Positions 50,666-54,062 of a stretch of 54,062 bases of DNA are shown here, piece after piece. Source of the stretch: Trueperaceae bacterium (GTDB taxonomy: Bacteria; Deinococcota; Deinococci; Deinococcales; Trueperaceae). Position 1 is the first letter of the stretch. Every line of letters starts with the position of its first letter. The notes below the pieces were generated by a model. The model did not search any database, was not told where the DNA came from, and worked only from the letters and a program-made list of their open reading frames with translations. The position numbers were made by a program, and so were the translations under genes. The stretch spans positions 1 to 54,062 of the forward strand of contig DASSXV010000002.1 in assembly GCA_035703635.1 (NCBI GenBank), in the 5' to 3' direction.

Positions 50666-51590
50666 CTCGCTCTGGCGAACCCCGGCCAAGACGGCGGCCA
50701 TCTGGCGCTTGTTGCGGCTCCTCGCGGCGGCAGTCCTCTTCGCGCCGGCGGCCAGTGCGTCGGCCCTGCAGGTGACGGTCTCGCTCCCGCCATACGCCAA
50801 CATCGTCGAGCGCATCGGGGGCGAGCACCTCACTGTGAGCACCCTCCTACCGCCAGGCGCGTCGCCTCACGCGTTCGACCCGACGCCATCACAGGCAGCT
50901 AGCCTCGCGCGGGCCGACCTCATCGTGATGAACGGCGGCATCGACGCCTGGCTCGACAGGCTGGTCGCCGCCACGGCGCCAGACGCGCCCATCTTGGTCA
51001 TCACCGAAAGCATCGACCTAGACACCTTAGCGCCACGCGGCGCGGACGTCGACCGCGAGACCGAGCAAGATCACGGCCACGTCGGCGCAAACCCGCACGT
51101 GTGGCTCGACCCGCTGCTCATGATCCAGGCAGCTGGTGCCATCGCCGACGCGCTCAAGGCCATCGACCCAGCGAACTCCGCCGCGTACGCAGCCGGCCTC
51201 GAGCAGCTCACGACCGACCTCCTCGCGCTAGATGCGGAGTTGACCAGCACTCTCGCCCCCGTAGCTGGAGCGCCCTTCGTGCCGTTCCACGACGCGTGGC
51301 CGTACTTCGCTCGACGTTACGACCTCGACCTCGTGCTGACCCTAGAACCGTTCCCCGGCCGCGAACCGAGCCCGAGCTACGTCGCAGAAGCCGTCGCCAC
51401 GGTCAGGGCGGTCGGAGCGAAGGCGATCTTCGACGAACGCCAACTCAACCCGCGCTCGGCACAGGTAGTGGCGGAGAGCGCTGGCGTGGCGCTTGCCACC
51501 CTTGACCCATTGGGTGGAGCGCCTGGCCCGACCAGCTACGAGGAGTTGCTGCGGCAGAACGCCGCGACGATCCTTGGCGCCCTCAGATAG
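50649..51590 (+). CDS. Zn/Mn ABC transporter substrate-binding protein (ZnuA/TroA family); true start may be downstream
   Basis: GASPHAFDP, NPHVWLDP, HDAWPYFA, LDPLG. Confidence 0.9.
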   Translation: MRTCSHSLWRTPAKTAAIWRLLRLLAAAVLFAPAASASALQVTVSLPPYANIVERIGGEHLTVSTLLPPGASPHAFDPTPSQAASLARADLIVMNGGIDAWLDRLVAATAPDAPILVITESIDLDTLAPRGADVDRETEQDHGHVGANPHVWLDPLLMIQAAGAIADALKAIDPANSAAYAAGLEQLTTDLLALDAELTSTLAPVAGAPFVPFHDAWPYFARRYDLDLVLTLEPFPGREPSPSYVAEAVATVRAVGAKAIFDERQLNPRSAQVVAESAGVALATLDPLGGAPGPTSYEELLRQNAATILGALR

Positions 51591-52095
51591 GACGCCCAAG
51601 GCCTGAGTCCCACAACTTGCGACCGACGATGATCTGGCCAGCGTGCGCGTGGCCATGTTCGAGCAGGTGCTGGATTATGAGCACGCTCCGAACTGGCACC
51701 TGCTTCCGCCCTACGTGACGAACCACCTCGAGGTCGTTCAGATCGTACGACTTGAGCCCCTCCCCCACCACGCGCAGGCGCTCGAGGCAGAGCTGCAGAA
51801 CGCCTTCAGGGTCGGCGTGGTCGATGGCCATCTCGAGTGGACCCTGGGCGCGCAGCTCCTCGCCGATATCCTCTCCCGTCGCGTACAACCACAGCCGCGT
51901 GCTCGACCCGCCGATGTGCCTCACGAGCCCAGCGATGGGGTTGATCGAACCTGGTGCGGGCGTCCACCACCAGGCCTCGGCGGGCAACGCGTCCGTCCAG
52001 CGCTCGACGACTTCGACGAGGTGCTGATGGCCACGCAGCCAGGCGGAAACTAGTGGAGTGCTTCCCGGAACATCACCGCTCAAGAATGGGTCCAT
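51583..52095 (-). CDS. DinB/DUF1572 family protein
   Basis: NPIAGLVRHI, HLLEH..AHAGQI. Confidence 0.8.
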   Translation of the reverse strand: MDPFLSGDVPGSTPLVSAWLRGHQHLVEVVERWTDALPAEAWWWTPAPGSINPIAGLVRHIGGSSTRLWLYATGEDIGEELRAQGPLEMAIDHADPEGVLQLCLERLRVVGEGLKSYDLNDLEVVRHVGRKQVPVRSVLIIQHLLEHGHAHAGQIIVGRKLWDSGLGRPI

Positions 52096-52241
52096 ACGAG
52101 GATGGTATCTGGGACCGTGAACCAGAGTCAGCTAGCGTGAACGGAGCGCCGGAGGCCACGCCGCTCTCTGGCTTGAGCGGGCTAGGGCGAAGCGTTGCGT
52201 TCGCACGCCCCGCGAGGCGGCCACCGCCCACAGATTTGATA

Positions 52242-53348
52242 ATGCGACGAACTTCACCCCCCGTTTCCCCTTCCGCCCTTAGGCTAGCCGCGATGGTTGA
52301 GCAGGAGCCCGTCACCTCCCTCGAGTTGTCGTCCGCCACGGCGCTACAGCGCGTAGCGCGCCTGCAGCGCTTGTCGGAGGAGGCGCTCCGGCGCTACGCC
52401 ATGCGCGCCGCCGCGGAGCGAGACGAGGACGCGTTGTGGGAACTCATCGAGGCCCACTTGACCCTGCGCGGGCTGAGCGGCGTGATGACAAGCAAGCACA
52501 CGCTGAGGGCTTATCGCCGCGGCCTGCACGAGCTGCTCCTCATGTGGACGGGCGAGAACCTGCTGCGGCCAACGCGCGACGCCGGGCCCCTCTACGTGCA
52601 GCGCTTGTTAGCAGGCGAGCGCGACGAGCTGCTCGCCAGTGAGCCGCCAACCTCCCGGCGCGGCCGCAAGTCAAAGACCGGACCGCTGAGCGCGGCAACG
52701 GTGGCCCTGCGCGTGGCGGCCGCCCGCGCCCTCTACGACTCATTGGCGTGGGCGGGAGCTACGGACGTCGATCCGTTCCGCGACGTGCGCATCGGCCGCG
52801 CCGCCAGCCACGCCGCTGAAGGTGTCGGCACGCGCAACTACACGGAGTTCGAACTCATCGAACTGCAGGCAGCAGCCCACGACCAGCAGGAGCGCGTGAT
52901 CCTGCTGCTCGGCTCTCACGCCGGGCTGCGCGTCAGCGAGATGCTCGCCCTCACCTGGGAGGCGGTCGACTTGCGTGCTGGCGAGCTCACGGTCGTGGCG
53001 GGTAAAGGCAATAAGTCAGCTACCGTCGACCTCACCCCCAAGCTGGTCGAGGCGCTCCTCAAGTACCGGCGCGAGATGGACGCGGGTGGCGTGCCGCGGC
53101 CGTACGTGCTCGAGCTTAGGTCGCAGTTCGGGGTGTTCAACCGCCTCGAGAAGCTCTGCCTGCGGGCCGCCGTGACCTTCAAGGGCGTGCACGCCCTGCG
53201 CCACTCGGCAGGCACCCGCCTCTACCGGCAGACTGGCGACCTCGGGCTGGTGCAAGACCACCTGCGCCACGCCACCCTCGACATGGCCCGCCACTACGCC
53301 AAGAGCGACCGCCGGCGGCTACGCTCCAAGTTGGACGACTGGGGTTAG
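52242..53348 (+). CDS. Tyrosine recombinase (Xer/integrase family)
   Basis: Intact catalytic set: GLRVSE, GKGNK, HALRH, LRH, HY; SAM-like TLRAY; start inferred. Confidence 0.92.
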   Translation: MRRTSPPVSPSALRLAAMVEQEPVTSLELSSATALQRVARLQRLSEEALRRYAMRAAAERDEDALWELIEAHLTLRGLSGVMTSKHTLRAYRRGLHELLLMWTGENLLRPTRDAGPLYVQRLLAGERDELLASEPPTSRRGRKSKTGPLSAATVALRVAAARALYDSLAWAGATDVDPFRDVRIGRAASHAAEGVGTRNYTEFELIELQAAAHDQQERVILLLGSHAGLRVSEMLALTWEAVDLRAGELTVVAGKGNKSATVDLTPKLVEALLKYRREMDAGGVPRPYVLELRSQFGVFNRLEKLCLRAAVTFKGVHALRHSAGTRLYRQTGDLGLVQDHLRHATLDMARHYAKSDRRRLRSKLDDWG

Positions 53349-54061
53349 GCCGTCGTCGCCTCTAGCGCGCGGCTGAGGGCCTTGCCCAAGCGGGCGACGC
53401 CGTCTCGCACGACCTCGGCAGGCGAATGCGTGAAGTTGAGACGCATGGTGTTGAGCCCGCCGCCGTTCGGGTGGAAAGGCGCGCCCGGGACGTAAGCGAC
53501 CTTCTCCTCCGCCACGATCTGCGGCAGGAGCGGGGCGACGTCCACTCCGCCTGGCAACTCGACCCACACGAACATGCCGCCGGTGGGCACCGTCCAGCGG
53601 GAGCCGGCGGGGAAATGCTCGGCTAGCGCGTCGAGCATGGCCTGGCAGCGCTCCTGGTAAACAGCGCGCAACACGTCGAGGTGGGGCTCAAGCGCACCGG
53701 AGCGTAGTACGTCGAGGGCGATGTGCTGCGAGAGCGTGGACGTGTGCAGGTCAGCGGACTGCTTGACCTGCGCGAGGCGCGCAACCCAACTGGCAGGCCC
53801 GACCACCCAGCCGAGGCGCAGGCCGGGGGCGAGGGTCTTCGAGAAGGTTCCCAGGCCCAGCGTGAGGTGAGGCGCCAGCGAACGCAGCGACGGCCCAGCC
53901 GGCCGGTCGAAAAAGATGGCTCCGTAAGGGTCATCCTCGAGGAGGGGCACTTCGTTCTCCGTGAACGCTTCCGCGACGGCGGCACGCCGCCCAGCGCTCA
54001 TCGTCTTGCCGGTTGGGTTCTGGAAAGTCGGCAGGAGGTACCCGAACTTGGGTTGCCGCGC
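53345..54061 (-). CDS. PLP-dependent aminotransferase class I/II (LysN/MocR-like), 5' truncated
   Basis: PTFQNPTG, EDDPY, TFSKTLAPGLRLGW, GGMFVW. Confidence 0.92.
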   Translation of the reverse strand, partial: ARQPKFGYLLPTFQNPTGKTMSAGRRAAVAEAFTENEVPLLEDDPYGAIFFDRPAGPSLRSLAPHLTLGLGTFSKTLAPGLRLGWVVGPASWVARLAQVKQSADLHTSTLSQHIALDVLRSGALEPHLDVLRAVYQERCQAMLDALAEHFPAGSRWTVPTGGMFVWVELPGGVDVAPLLPQIVAEEKVAYVPGAPFHPNGGGLNTMRLNFTHSPAEVVRDGVARLGKALSRALEATTA

Positions 54062-54062
54062 G

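Noticed and set aside
52242-53348. Recombinase as a prophage or ICE integrase
   Set aside because: No tRNA target, excisionase, phage or conjugation genes, or att repeats are visible; the flanking genes are housekeeping

Overview
High-GC bacterial DNA, most likely Deinococcota (Trueperaceae-like). This is inferred from the NHAGG-type ParA, DUF6504-dnaE2, PolX-PHP and many apparently leaderless genes with TANNNT 5-6 nt before the start codon. Left part: a 9-gene TTT (TctCBA) uptake and putative sugar-acid catabolic operon, an SPFH protein, an Xre/RES toxin-antitoxin pair, an ExeM nuclease and a DUF6504-dnaE2 operon. Centre: a complete-looking plasmid-type replicon, consisting of parB-parA, three parS-like palindromes (CCATAACGTTATGG), ~22-bp phased bipartite iterons around an AT-rich stretch, and a Rep_3 initiator gene closely followed by a SRAP/HMCES gene. 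A second, inverted iteron array lies ~3 kb away. Right part: housekeeping genes (ligA-polX, pdxK, yggS, carbonic anhydrase, ktrAB, cytochrome c, Fur-family regulator and metal-binding protein), a dif-like 11-6-11 site, and a tyrosine recombinase whose start codon overlaps a matching half-site. The best overall reading is the origin region of a chromid, or of a second replicon fused into the chromosome, with its own partition, copy-control and dimer-resolution elements. I saw no rRNA, tRNA, CRISPR array or IS. All calls are from motif recognition by eye; no database searches were run.
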